In this document: positions 1 through 14,060 of the stretch, in pieces
Numbering within the stretch: the first letter of the stretch is position 1
How the letters are laid out: each line of letters starts with the position of its first letter
Source of the DNA: Octopus bimaculoides
Taxonomy: Eukaryota
NCBI RefSeq assembly: GCF_001194135.2
Contig: NC_068989.1
Span: forward strand, 90,552,808 to 90,616,807
Direction: 5' to 3'
Length of the DNA stretch: 64,000 bases
Made by a program: the position numbers and the translations under genes
Notes under the pieces: model-generated
Told to the model about the DNA's origin: nothing
Databases searched by the model: none
What the model saw: the letters and a program-made list of their open reading frames with translations, nothing else

Positions 1-687
1 CGACTTGTGCACACACACACACACAACTTGTGCACATACACACACACACAGTGACACACGACTCACACACAATGTGACACACACACATGAAATGCACGCA
101 TGCACATGGCACACACACACAACGCATGCACATACACAGTGACACACACACACACACACACACACACAATGTGACACACGACACATACACACATGACTCA
201 CACACACACACACAGACATACACACGCACATGCGACACAGCTTTGTTTAATACTGTCCTTCACATAGCAGTAATCACAGAGGATGACGACAGTCTGTCTG
301 TCTGTCTGTCTGTCTACATTGGTAATGACTATCCATATGAAAGGCTATATGTTGTAAAAGAATATCCTCATCATCATTTTGTCATCATCCACCCTAATAA
401 GGAATCGTTTTATTTTAATGAGTGTGTGTGTACGTATACAGGTGTGTGTTGCAATTATTACATTTAGGACTTAATTAATCCCTTTTGATACCATCTTACC
501 TGAGACTGTCCATGGTTTTCTCATACACACTTCTTGTTTTAATGTCATCCAAATTTAAATTGCTTATTAAAATTTCATATTAGTTAATTTTCTAAACGTC
601 ATTTTAATGATAATAGAAAAGTTCGTTAACTAAATTCTTCATTATTTTAAATATTAATTGAAACTCAGACAGTTGATTTCAACAGAA

Positions 688-843
688 ATATGGTGTAGGT
701 GTGTGGTAAGAAGTTTGCTCTCCAACTGCATGGTTCCAAGTTCAGTCCCACTGCGTGGCACCTTGGGCAGGTGTCTTCTACTTGGTCCAGCCAGCCAGAG
801 CCTTGTGAGTAGATTAGCAAACAAAAACTGAAAGAAGCCTGTC

Positions 844-917
<74 letters not shown>

Positions 918-1185
918 CAGGCTTCTTTCAGTGTGTGTGTGTGCCTGCCTGTCTGTTTGTATGTATGTCTGTGTCTCCCACCACAGCTTGACAACCGGTG
1001 TTAGTGTGTTTACATTCCCATAACTTAGCAGTTCAGCAAAAGAGACTGATAGACTAAGTACCAAGCTTAAAAAAAAAGACACAATAAGCCCCAGGATCGA
1101 TTTGTTAGACTAAAATTCTTGAAGGCGGTGCCCCAGTATGGCCACAGTCTACAAAACTGAAGCAAGTAAAAAATAAAAGATAAAA
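688..1185 (+). mobile_element. SINE family A copy; others at ~15140-15545, 21420-21570, 23500-23650, 38270-38400, 39790-39960, 45940-46255 (+) and 22180-22320, 33060-33420, 38830-39150, 39240-39735, 59100-59400 (-)
   Basis: Same consensus blocks as 17545-17985. Confidence 0.8.
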
Positions 1186-4100
1186 AAAAAGGTCAGTTGT
1201 ATCAAAAATGCAACAAAAATGTGCACCACCATGTTGATCCTCATTTTTGCTGTTATCATCATCGTCATCATCATCATCATTGCCAAGGACATACCTCACA
1301 TATTTTCACTTGTTTCATTTTGATGCCAGCATCACCATCACCATCACCATCACCATCACCATCACCATCACCATCACCATCACCATCACCATCACCATCA
1401 CCATCAGCAGCAGCAGCAGTATTATCACAACTGTTTTTTTTTTAGCTTTTGTTTATTTCTTTCTTGTGCAAAAGGATCTTGTATATAGGTCATCTCTTTT
1501 TCTTTCTCTATTGTGTCCCCTCATATGTGGAGTGGCAGCTGGTGGTGGTCGTGACAAGAAAGAGTTGATGCTTGTGGTGGTGGTGGTGGTGGTGGAAGTG
1601 TTGGGAGTAATGGGGTGAGACGTTGAGCCTGTTGACTGCTCTATCGCATCCAATCAGAACCAAAGTCCATTCTTTCTCTCGCAATCTTATCCTTGCACGC
1701 CACCGCATGCTTGAAAGTCTGTGTGTCTCTCTCGTCTGGTGCTTTCACTATCTCACAATGGAATTTCGGTTAGGAAATGTTGTTATCATTTGGTTGGTTG
1801 GTGGCATGTAAAAAGCACCATTCAAGGGTGGTCATTGCCAGTGCTGCCTGACTGGCTCCCATGCCAGTGGTATATAAAAAGTACCATTCGAGTGTGGTCA
1901 TTGCCAGTGCTACCTGACTGGCTCCTGTGCCGGTGGCATGTAAAAAGTACCATTCAAGTTTGGTCGTTGCCAGTGCCACCTGACAGAGCTTTTGAAAACA
2001 AGACATTTGTACGACAGAACCAGAGGTGGTTTCAGCCAGGTTGGTATCGAAAGGGTTAATGATAACAATATCATAGGATTTTTTTTAAATATGCAATGGC
2101 TATGAGGTTGGGGGGTCATCCTAAAATAGGAATCAAAGGGTTCCATAGGCAAAAAATTGTTGAAAACCACTGGGTCGAACCACAAGCCAACCAAATTTCC
2201 ACCTGTCCCATGTTGATCAGTTTGTGATTGGTGGTTGCTGGTTGATGTGATAATATGCCAACTGAGAGAGAGAGAGAGATAACAAACCTTGTTCACTGGA
2301 ATAGATAACACACCTTGTAGATACCATGTTGAAACTGATACACACCTTATTTAAATATCTTGTTGATAATGCAAGCCGTTCAGGTAACCTCTATATGGTT
2401 GTTTAATTGACTAGAAATAGCAGCAAAAATTCCCCTCAAATCACATCCCATTGTCCTAGAAAAGATGACTGCATTATATAAATGTGGTCTTGGCTGTACT
2501 AAGCCAAGGCAAAAAGTTGGCATTTTCATGAACACAAGATCTATCATCAAAAGTGGGCATGATCAGGACTTACCTGGGGTTAAACAACAACAACAACAGC
2601 TGGCTTGTAAATATGGTAATCCTGTGCCAGCCAGTTCAGAATCCTTTAACTTATTCATTGCTAACATAATGTTGTCCCACCATTGGTATTTTCTATGGTC
2701 CCTCTTCAGACATTCACTGGAATTGTTAGCATTGTTTGTTTTAGGGTCCATATCATTATGGCAAACATTTACTATCTTCCTTTTCAAATTCTTCAGTTTG
2801 TCTGGTAGTTCTTCATAGCTTTTACCCCAAATACTCCATTAGTATCATATTTCTGCACCATTCCTTCCAAAATTGGTTGGTACCTCTGTATCTGTCTGTC
2901 TCTCTCCATCTAAGTCTGTCTGTCTGTCTCTGTTCAACTTCTCTTTCTCTTATCCTCCATCTCTCCTGTTTTGGAAACATCTGCTCCCAATTCTGTATTC
3001 CTTCTTCCTCTGAAAGAATCAAGCCAACAGTTATCTCTTTCTCTTTTCTTTCCTTTTTTGTTTGAGAGAGTCACATGGTCGAGAGGCAGAACCAATGGGA
3101 GTCTAGTAGAGAATAGTGTAAATTCGGAGGAACGAGGTAGAGACTGGAGCGGAGGTGGGGGTGGCAGAAGTGTTGATAATAATTATCTCTGTTTCAAAAG
3201 TGATTTTTATTTAGATTCTCGTTTAATAGGTTCAGAGTACATTTCAAAAATAACAAAAAGAATATAAAGAGATTGTTGCATAAAGACAGGAAACCATCCA
3301 TGAATGAACCCCACCACCCACCCACCCAAGCCCATATACATGCATGATGCAAGCACTGGCTTTTGAGTGGGGTGGTGGTGGTAGAAATAGTAATTCAGTC
3401 TGATTTAGACTCAAGGCCAAGAATTTTGTGGACAAGGTTGGTCCACTACATTGCCCCCCAGAGGGGACAAACAAGGGATTAAGTCAATTACATTGACTCC
3501 AGTGTTGTAACTGGTACTTAATTTATCTAACGATGAAAGGCAAAGTCGACCTCGGCGGAATTTGAACTCAGAACATGAAGACGGACGAAATACCGCAAAG
3601 CATTTCGTCCAGCACGCTAACGATTCTGCCAGCTCACTGCCTTAACAGACAATTGTCCAGTTTCTATGGTCGATAAGTGATTGGGATCACGGCATTTGTC
3701 TGAATAGGATGTTGGTCTGTTTTAGGGTTCAGTTTTTGAGGGGAGGAGACATTGCCCTCCTCCCCATACTTGACAGGTATTTGCTTTTATTGACCCTGAA
3801 GAAATGAAAGGTAAAGGTGACTGAGGTGGGAGTTTGTCTGACATGGGGACAACTCTGCCAACTTGCTGCCTTGTGTGTGTGTTTGTGTATGTATGTATGT
3901 TTGTACTTGAGAAGACATGCCCACCACAACAGAATTGAGATCCTGAAACCAAGGTTCCACTTAAAAAGCATTGGTGTTGGTGATGGTGCCACATAAAAAG
4001 CACCAAGTACATTCTGGGGAGTGGTTGGCATTAGGAAGGGCATTCAGCCATAGAAACAGACTATGGAACCTGGTGCGACCCCTGGCCTTGCCAGTTCCTG

Positions 4101-5344
4101 TTGTGCCATTCAGCCCATGCCAGCATGGAAAATGGACATCAATTGTTGTTGATGATGATATATATATATATAATTAAACCTTGGGAGAGGCATTATGCCG
4201 GTAATAAACACACGCACTGGTTCAGTCCTTTATTAATTTATATAGTTTTTTGTTAAATTATTTCATTGCACTCTTGCAATCTCTTCAGTAACTTGTCTCT
4301 CCACTTCCATTTATTTTGAATATATGTGTGTGTGTGTGTGTGTCTGTCTGTAACTGTCATTCAAGCAGTATCCTTTGTTTCCAGTTTTACCTTATTTGGG
4401 AATAGGTGAGGATTGGTGACAGGAAGAGCTTCCGGCCATAGAAAACCGCCTGCAAATTCTGTCTGACCCATGCAAGCATGGAAAAGTGAATGTTAAACAG
4501 TGATGTGTATTTATTTGTTAAACCAAAATATGTAAGGTTGTATGTGTTTGCGTATTTAAGTACGCACTCGCACGTCCATATGAATAGATTTTTCTCTCCT
4601 AATTTACAGAGTCTCTTCTTCATCCCACCCATGAATACATCCAGTCGTTTGTTTGATTGCTTATTCATTGTATTCAGTGTGTAGGTCACAGTTGTATTGT
4701 GCTCACAGTCCATGTGAGCTGTTCTGTTATAATGTCATTCTTTTGTTAGTCAGTCGTCATAATTAACGTTATTTTCGTTATTCAAACAATCCAACAAACA
4801 CAAATAAACAAAGGAAACAATAATTTTTTTATTGCTGCGGAAATAAGGAAATGGTATGGCAAGAATGGTGAAGTGCCAGACAAAATACCATAATTATCTG
4901 CAGCGCAATTTTAGACATCTGCTTTCTCTTCAGTTAGTTTTTATCACTTCATAAAACAATACCAGTAAAATACTGGGGGGGGGGGGGGATTGATTGATGT
5001 GGTTTTTGAACCTTCTCCTAAATGGACTTTGGGAATCACTGTGTCTACAGAGGGATTCCAAAGTCCCTTTAGGAAAGTGCCTTCTCCCAGGTCTTATTGG
5101 CAGCCTACAGGTATCCCCAATTTCCTCGTCAAATAATATTTGAAGAAGTTAAGAAAAGGACATGGACCGAGATAAAAAGCTGTCCTTGACCACATTCACT
5201 TCACAATTTGTTTCAAAATAGCCATCAGATAGGAAATTGTCCTTTCTTGCTAAAGAAAGCCAGTGGATCAGTGTTCATATTAGACATGGTTCGTAGCTGG
5301 ACCTGTCCTTCATGTGGTAATAACTGTTTGACGTAAACCCTTAA

Positions 5345-5584
5345 CCCTTTTCTTACCATATTTCTGTTGACATTTGTTGCTTTTGTTTCAATATATTCTT
5401 AAAATATAATAAAGAATTTAGTAAAACAACTTTCCCATTATTAAGCTGGGGTTTGGAATAAATTAGCATAAAATTTTGGTGGAAGATTATAATTTAGATT
5501 ATAATTATAATTTAGACCACTTTATAAGAGTAAGTTTATGTCATAGAACCTGGTGTGGCCTCAGGTAGGTTGGTATCAAAAGGG
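5345..5584. mobile_element. piggyBac-like MITE; related pieces at ~480-630 and 2020-2060
   Basis: TTAA|CCCTTTTCTTACCA...TGGTATCAAAAGGG|TTAT: inverted ends with a TTAA-type target site. Confidence 0.7.
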
Positions 5585-5879
5585 TTATTAAGTCAGCAAG
5601 ATGCAGATGCAAGGTGTGTGTGTGTGTGTGTGTGTGTGATGGTTTCATCATCCTGTGCACATTTTGGACAGTTTCAGGTACTGGCTACTCTGTCATGGCC
5701 ATTTGTGTACAGCATACCTTAAACAACCAAAGCCCGTCATCTGTAACCTTGCTAGACCAGGGACTTTTGGAAAATGTCTGTAATCCCCAATGTGAAATTT
5801 TTTCTGAAGTGACTACTTAGATTGTTGTAATTGTTCCCCAGAATCATTTCCAGATCACTATTGCTTATGGCTTCCATGA

Positions 5880-6420
5880 ACCCTCTATCAAATGTGAGGG
5901 TTGGCAGAAGGCAGTGAGTATCTGGCACCATTCCAAATGCAAAGGCCTTGCTTTGGTCTATACTTGACCCAGGGTTGCAAATCAGTCAAAGAAATGACCT
6001 ATTATCAGACCTGTTCTGCAAACAGTGACCACATCTATTCACCATTGTCATTGTCCAGGAGTCTCTGGAGATGTGCCAGTCACAACGTATTGCCTTGTGT
6101 TTCATCAGCCACACCATCCTGAGACCTCACTGTTGTGGGCTTTGGGAGCAGGTTGAGNNNNNNNNNNNNNNNNNNNNNNNNNNGGCCTGAAGAACCTACT
6201 CCTTTTACAAGAAGTAAAAGGCCATACGCTCCAGTTTGGTTAGATATTTCCTGAGACAGGTTATGAGAAAGAGGCAGTAGTGCACAATCAATGCTATGTG
6301 GATGTGTGTTACTTGTGCCCAACTTTTCTGAGACAGCTTCTTCCCCTCAACCCATTTCTAAGTAATGGAATTGGTTACTCTTCTTATGACCACTTCTCAG
6401 TCTTTATCAACCGAGAGGGA
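5880..6420 (-). mobile_element. Decayed L1/Tx1-clade LINE, RT thumb and downstream region
   Basis: Minus-strand translation with stops and shifts: ...YLTKLERMAFYFL*K..., GLRMVWLM, L*LAHLQRLLD...GE*MWSLF...ISLTDLQPWVKYRP. This resembles Tx1-type LTKLER.LF.FLWK / GGLGMPWL / LRHLQRFLD / VWSPF. Boundaries are approximate. Confidence 0.55.
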
Positions 6421-6986
6421 AGAACATCGCAGTTGATCCTGAGGCGTAAGTTGAGCCAGGAGAGTAAACGGTCAAGATTAGAATGTCACGAGAAAGAATC
6501 TCAAGACAGACTCTTCAAGCTGAAGAGTCAGCTGGTGGGACATGTAGGGCTTGACCGAGAATGAAATGCTCGGATAATATCTGTAATCTCAACTGGTCAT
6601 GCTTTGGAATTCAGCAGGAAAGCGTAATGATGGTTCATTCTGATAAGATCCTATGGAAGAGGTGAATGAGGACTTCTACCCTTTCCACCCCAGGAATTGT
6701 TGGTGGGGGAAAATGGATGGATGGAGGGTCAACGGACGTAGTTATTATAAGTTGTTTCCAAGCATTTAGAGCAGCACTTTATTGTTTGTGCCACTGCACT
6801 TCCTTTCAAGTTGTATTAGTAATAATAATAATAATAGTAAAGATGATGATGAAATTAATAATGATATGGTTTATTTGGCACAAAGCCTATAAAATGTTAA
6901 AGAGGAATGCACCGATTAATCTGGCCAAAAGTGTGATTTTGGCAAGAGAGAGTGTACATGTACCTACATACACATGCACACACGCA

Positions 6987-7024
<38 letters not shown>

Positions 7025-7186
7025 CCTATGTATGTAGATTCGTATGTGCACTACTTGTGCATGTGTAAATGCACATTGGTGTGTGCATTATGCATAATAT
7101 TTATGGACATGTGCAAGTATACATGCATGCATGTTCACATATACACAGCTAGCTTTGTTTATGAAAATCTTTCAGCATTACATACA

Positions 7187-7237
<51 letters not shown>

Positions 7238-7990
7238 TATCTCGTTACACTTCCGCTAATAGCTTTTCCTTAATTAGCTTACAAGCAATGATACAAAGAA
7301 TAACATGAACCAACATAAGAGAAGGGGGAAAAAAAAGGGGGAGAGAGACCAGGAGACTAGAAGCATCCATTGATTAATAAAGTACCGTTACCTTGATACT
7401 GTTACTACCATCACTACTACTACTACTACTACTACCACCTCCACCACTACTACCATTACTACTGCCACCACCACATTGTCGATATTTTGTTGTTAATTTT
7501 GAATATTTGAATTGTATTTCTTTGTTGTGTGTGACTTGTGAAAGGGAAAAGTAAAAATAATTTTTAAATATTTAAAAAAAAAAATGTTTTTGTAAATAAT
7601 ATCGCTTAAAGAGTGTAAAGAAAATATATTTTTAAAGATAGGTGATAGGGGGTAATTTAGAGGGTGGGGAGGAGAAGGAGGAGAAGGTCTGGTAACAGGC
7701 CAGTAAGTCAATTGTCATGACTTTTTCCTCCACCCCAATATATGTGTGGGTGTGTGTGTGTGTGTGTGTATATATGCGTGTACACACTCACATACACATT
7801 GAAGACAAAAGAAAGATATAGCAAATTCTGTCAAAAAAAAAAATCAAAAAACAGTCATTTTGAGTAAACTGTGTAAAGAAAAAAANNNNNNNNNNCCACT
7901 GGTTTGCGTAGCTTCAACTGTTTTTACTGATAGGAAAGAGTGTTTGTCAAGAATCGACTTGTCTCAACTTGAACCCACACTAGGCCTGTT

Positions 7991-8030
<40 letters not shown>

Positions 8031-8774
8031 GCTGTCTGCCTGTGGCTGCATAGTTAGCAGCTGTAGTTAAGTTCATCCTTTCTTTCTCCTATCATACCTG
8101 TAGTGTGTGTGTATGTATGTATCTATCTATCTATCTATCTATCTATTTGTCTGTCTATCTATCTATCTACCTATCTAGCTATCTGTCTATGTATGTATGT
8201 ATTTATTTATTTATTTATGTATGTATGACTGTATGTATGTGTCTATCTATTTATGTATGTTTGTATCTCTATCTAACCCTACCTACCTGTCTGTCTGTCT
8301 GTCCATCCATCCTTCCTTCCTTCCATCCATGTGTATGATGGACTCTCTTGTCAAGGACGACATATGAGTGTCCAACTTTTGCAGAACTACCTGCCGCACA
8401 AATGATTTGCTTTATAGTGATCAAATGTATTGTGCTGCCGCCGCACATTGGCAGGCTCCATCCATTAATGGAATACATTAACCCCAATGCTTAACTGCTA
8501 ATTATTTTATTACCTGTGAAGGGATGAAAGGCACAATTAACCTTGGCAGAATTTGACCTAAGTTTGTAAAGATGGATGAAATGCCACTAAGATTTTTGTC
8601 CAACCTGCTAACGACACTGCTAACTTACCTTATATTGGTAATCAATTAGACATTTCTCCAAGCGTTTACTGGTCTGCTCAATCTGGTATTCAAAATAGGT
8701 TATTCAATGGTTAATATATAAATCCACTAAGAATTCAGGTAATGTTAATGTTATTTTCCCATAATCCTTATTAC

Positions 8775-8805
<31 letters not shown>

Positions 8806-9200
8806 GGCGTAGGAGTGGCTGTGTGGTAAGTAGCTTGCTTACCAATAGCATGCTTTGGGGTTCAGTCCCACTGCGTGGCACCTTGGGCAAGTGTCTTCTG
8901 CTATAGCCTCGGGCCGACCAAAGCCTTGTGAGTGGATTTAGTAAACGGAAACTGAAAGAAGCCCGTTGTATATATGTGTGTGTGTGTGTGTGTGTGTATT
9001 GTATGTGTGTGTTTGTCCCCTCACCATCGTTTGACAAATGATACTGGTGTGTTTATGTCCCCGTAACATAGTGGTTTGGCAAAAGAGACCGATCGAATAA
9101 GTACTAGGCTGACAAAGAATAAGTTCTGGGGTCGATTTGTTCAACTAAAGGCAGTGCTCCAGCATGGCCGCAATCAAACGACTGAAACAAATAAAAGAAT
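8806..9200 (+). mobile_element. SINE family A copy
   Basis: Full head-body-microsatellite-tail, inserted after (ATT)n and followed directly by a family B SINE at 9240. Confidence 0.85.
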
Positions 9201-9206
9201 AAATGA

Positions 9207-9241
<35 letters not shown>

Positions 9242-9864
9242 GGTGGCGAGCTGGCAGAATCGTTAGCATGCTGAACGAAATGCTTAGCGGTATTTTGCCT
9301 GTTACTACGTTCTGAGTTCAAATTGCGCCGAGGTTAACTTTACCTTTGATCCTTTCGTAGGTCAATAATTTATATATATGAATTAAAGAGAGAGACAAAA
9401 AGGAGTTAAAAAAATCCAGGCAGATATCAATAAGCACTGTTTTAAACGATTTTGATTAATTATATCAAACAGATACAAATGAATGCAAGTAGAATACACA
9501 TCCAACAGGTGTTGGTTTGTTGATATCCCTGTAATTTAGTGGTTTGGCATAAGCGACTAATAAAATAAGCACCAGGCTTTAAAGAAAAAAAGCGTAGTAG
9601 GGTCTATTCATTTGACTAAAAATTTCCTTCACGGCAGTGCCCCAGCATGGCCACAGTCTAATGATTGAAACAAGTCAGAGAGAGAGAAGCTGCAGAATCT
9701 GTCTGTGTGAATGTTGATCGTATGGTTTTTATCATCCTTTCCTCTTCCTCCTTGTCCTCGACCACTGATTCCGTTGCCCTTACCACTGCTGCCACCTGTC
9801 TGCATTCAATTATTAATCCACAAGGGTGTGTGTGTTTGTGTGTATATGTGTTGGTGGCCTCTGT

Positions 9865-9902
<38 letters not shown>

Positions 9903-9989
9903 TGCTAGGTTATCAAGTCACCATCTAAGTCATCACAGTGTTCAAAAGGCAAGTCAATCTGGGGAAATTTATTCTCCAAGGCACACACA

Positions 9990-10021
<32 letters not shown>

Positions 10022-10088
10022 TACACACACACACACTGTCTTTTTTATGTATAATCATACATGTACATGCGTGTGTGTGTGTTATATA

Positions 10089-10318
10089 TAGTAATCCCTT
10101 GACTATTGTGGGTGTTATGTTCCACCCCCCACCCCCCGCGATAGGTGAAAATCCGCAAAGTGGAAACAGTGCTGTACTGTATATGTTTTTTTATTATTAT
10201 TTTTATAATTTGTATATATTTATTTTATCATAAATGCAAAACAACAGCATGGAGGAATCGACGTATGCTTAAATAACATACCGCGATAGGTGAACCGCGA
10301 TATGGCGAAGGATTACTG
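10089..10318. mobile_element. Tc1/mariner (pogo/Tigger-like) MITE
   Basis: Ends TA|TAGTAATCCCTT...GAAGGATTACTG|TG; subterminal repeat CCGCGATAGGTGAA occurs twice. Confidence 0.7.
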
Positions 10319-10381
10319 TGTGTGTGTGCATATATATATAATGTGAACTGGCAGATTTGCCATTGTTAACACTTTCCTTCA

Positions 10382-10433
<52 letters not shown>

Positions 10434-10662
10434 GAGTGGGTATGTGTGGGCAAGTGTCTTCTACTATAGCCTCGGGCCAACCAATGCCTAGACGGAAACT
10501 ATACTATCAGAGTGGTTGGCATTAGGAAGGGCATCCAGCTGTAGAAACTTTGCCAGATCAGATTGGAGCCTGGTGCAGCTGCTTCCTTTCCAGGCCTCAG
10601 TCAAACTGTCCAGCCCATGCCAGCATGGAAAACGGACATTAAACGATGATGATAATGATGGC

Positions 10663-10840
10663 AAATTAAAAAAACATGCAAACTACCCATTTTCTTTCCT
10701 GCACATTGACAAATGTAATGCAGTTAAGTTAGGTAGCCATATATGGAATTTGAAGGCCATCTCCACACTACATACAATTAAGAATGTTAATGGCTCTAAG
10801 AAATGCAACTTATGTATAGCAGAAAAAATTATATTCTTCT
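10663..10840 (+). mobile_element. Penelope-like element remnant, C-terminal GIY-YIG endonuclease region
   Basis: Translation KHANYPFSF...[10 protein letters not shown]...[13 protein letters not shown] matches the typical PLE pattern H..SF....TELS.YIW.LK...SK.C.LC..EK. Confidence 0.65.
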
Positions 10841-10881
10841 TATATCCAACAATTCCTACACACTGCTTCATTCCAGGTCTG

Positions 10882-10947
<66 letters not shown>

Positions 10948-10986
10948 ATATATATATATAAACATATATATATATGTGTGTGTGTA

Positions 10987-11044
<58 letters not shown>

Positions 11045-13788
11045 CTAATGTATACAGTATTTAAGATAAGAGCTTCCAATAATTTCTTGTCATAGTGACA
11101 CTGAGATTATGCAGATTTACATAACGTGTTTTATGTCTCCAAATAATCTTCAGGCTCATAGCACTTGGTTCTATTTGAAAACCAGGAGACTTGAAGATTG
11201 TTTGGAGACACAAGCCACGTTATACAAATTTGTCTAACGTCAGTGTCTCTTTGGTTAGGAATTATTTGTAGCTGTTATAAAATAATGTGTGCCTTAAATG
11301 ATATTTATCTTTCACTAAATGAAGTAGATTTTTGTTTTTTTTTTGTTGATCTTACCTTAATGGATCAATAAATTTGTGTGTGTGTGTGTGTGAGAGAGAG
11401 AGTGTATATGAATTCATTATTAAGTACAATCTGGAGTTGTTACCGTTCTTCTTTTTAAAACTTATAACGAAACAAGCCAGTTACCTTGAACTATTTCTAC
11501 CAACCAACAGGTGTTTCAAAGTAAATATTCGGTGGGTGACTATGGTGGTAGTAGGAGGAGTTATTTAACCCTATACCTGCTCTAATCCAGTAAATCTATA
11601 ACCAAAAATGTTCCATCTGTGACCATATTTCATTTTTTTTTTGTCAGACATTACATATCTAGGAATACATTATTTAATGTGCTTTCCCTCCCCTCAAAAT
11701 ATGCTATGATTTGAGGAAGATTTTGCTGCCTTTTCTTACAGGATGGGCAGCTGCATACAGGCTCCCTCATTGGGTTGTAGTCGTGTTAGTGCTTAGTAGT
11801 GGTAGTGATGGTGGTGGTAGGAGTGGTGGGAGAGCAAAAGGTATAAACTGTATCTCATATTTATCATGTATACAAATATATGCACACAAACACACACACA
11901 CATGCGTACACGTATGTATATGCTGGTGTGGCCCCTGACCTTGCCAAATTCTGTAAAGCTGTCCAACCCATGCCAGCATGGAAAATAAATGTTAAATGTT
12001 GATGATGATGGTTGATGATGAACACACACACACACATGTACATACGCATGCACAGACACATCTGTGTGTTTAAGCAGGGTTTTGGGTTCTGCCTCAGTGT
12101 TGCACCTTGGGCATGTGTCTTCCAATATAGCCTTGGCGCAGCCAAAGCCTTCTGAGTGGACTTGGTAAATAGAAACTGAAAGAAGCCCATTGTGTATATA
12201 TGTAAATGCATATGCACACGTGTGTGTGTGTGTGTGTGTATGAGTTTCCTTGTCTTGACATCACATGACAGCTGTAAACAAGTGCCACCAACATACAAGC
12301 AGTGTACTTTGTTTCCATAATTCCACGTTCAGCCATGAGCAAATGTTACCTTGCTTTGAAACAGGTAAAGGCTTGGTGCCAGTCCTGAGAAAAGCAGCCT
12401 TGGTGGATGCCAAAATGTATGTGTCTGTGTTATTGTTTACATTTGCGTTTCTTTGAAAACCACAGGCTTCGAGTGGTGATGCGCCATTGTCAGTTCTCCT
12501 GTCAACAAATCACCTGTTTGCTTTGTGTAAAATAAAAGGTCCTTTACTTGATAAACAAGTAAGAGTTAGGGGCAGGAAGGGTATTCAACTACAAAAGCTA
12601 TGTGTCTGTAATGTATTCATCTAACCCATGCTAGCCTGGAAAATCTATAAGAACCAAACTTTGTCAGGCAGTTATTATATCTCTTGTGACATGTAAACAC
12701 CCTGCTTTTATTCCTTTACCTGCTGCTGCTGTATTTCTCAGACCAAATTCTACAGCCCACATCACACCAAAACCAGAGGTTGACTTACATACCATAAGCA
12801 CTCTGAAGGACCAACATCTCGGTGTGAAATTGCTGCAGGTTATGGAAAGAGAGTGACAACGTTTGAATGTTTACACTACAGACTGTGTTCACTTGTGTGC
12901 TGGAAAATACAGTGTGACTAAGCTAGTGTCTTTAGTTGAACAGTGGCTGAGGAGGTGATTTGTCTGAAAGTCACTGAAACTTTTAGATATCTCATGAAGT
13001 AACTTGTGGTTAATATTACATATTGCCTTTAAGGGGTATATTTCAGGTTGGCTTTTCCCTGTTCCATTGATTCAAATGGACATAGCACCAACTACCTATT
13101 GAGTTCTTTCACTCTCTGTGATTAAATGCTTTTTGCTTAGATGAATTAATATTGTACTGATCAGGTTTTTGACTCTTGTATCTATTATATGTGTGTGAGT
13201 GTGTATAAATATTTTTTTTTTTATTATTAATCTGCAAAAGTTACAGATTGTCTCAGGGGCTGACAGTTTCATGTTGATGCACTCTGTAACTTCTACTGAT
13301 TAATAATGAAATGCACACACACACACACACACACGTGCACACACACATAAAACATCAAAGTATCGACAACAAATATATCTGCATAATTTACATGTTGGTT
13401 TCAATAACTAGGCTAAAACTGATTGCCTGTCAGGATTTATCAATACCTGTGGTAATTTTGCTGTCACAATTGCAGCCAGGTGTTGCAACAACGAACACAA
13501 CAGAATATGCTGAAACAATTTCTAACACTCTCTGTCAATTCATCTCTATTCATGTGTAGCTAATATAAATTTTTCTATTTATCTAATAATTTTTCTATAC
13601 ATCTGCCCCTGTCTATCTTGGCTGTCCATAAGCTGTTATTTCTCTGCCTGTCTTGAATACATTGGCAAACCACTTCCTGTTCACTGATATTTTATTTTAT
13701 CAAGGGTAGCGGGTGACTGGGGTTCAGGATACCGTTTATCTAAATGGGGTGTTGAACCACATATCGCTTGTATATTTCATATTAGTGG

Positions 13789-14060
13789 AACTGGTGTCCT
13801 CATCTTGATTGTTGATATTTCCCTACTCTTCAACTGTTGTATGCTCCAGCCATCTTCAGGTGTCTTGTGTTGAACTTGGTTGTTGTATCTAAACCTGAAA
13901 CTATTCATGAAGGACATGTAATTTACTGATGCCACAAAGTTCAGTATTTCAATGGCGACCGGATACAACAACCAAGTTCAACACAAAACACCTGAAGATG
14001 GCTGGAGAATACAACAGCAGAAATGTAGTGAAATCAGCAATCAGGATGGGGGCACCAGTT
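13789..14060. mobile_element. Inverted pair of Penelope-LTR-like tails with degenerate hammerhead motif
   Basis: Arms 13789-13889 and 13962-14060 are reverse complements. The + arm has AACAC-CTGAAGA-T-GGCTG-(10 nt)-CAGCA-GAAA-TGTA-GTG at 13987-14030 followed by a CAGGATGGGGGCAC tail; the minus arm reads CAAGATGAGGACAC, like the 48-kb element. Confidence 0.6.

Noticed and set aside
6280-6564. ORF with coil-like HEKESQDRLFKLKSQL as a candidate exon
   Set aside because: Lies in or next to the antisense of a decayed L1/Tx1 element; the in-frame donor (gtggga) is poor.
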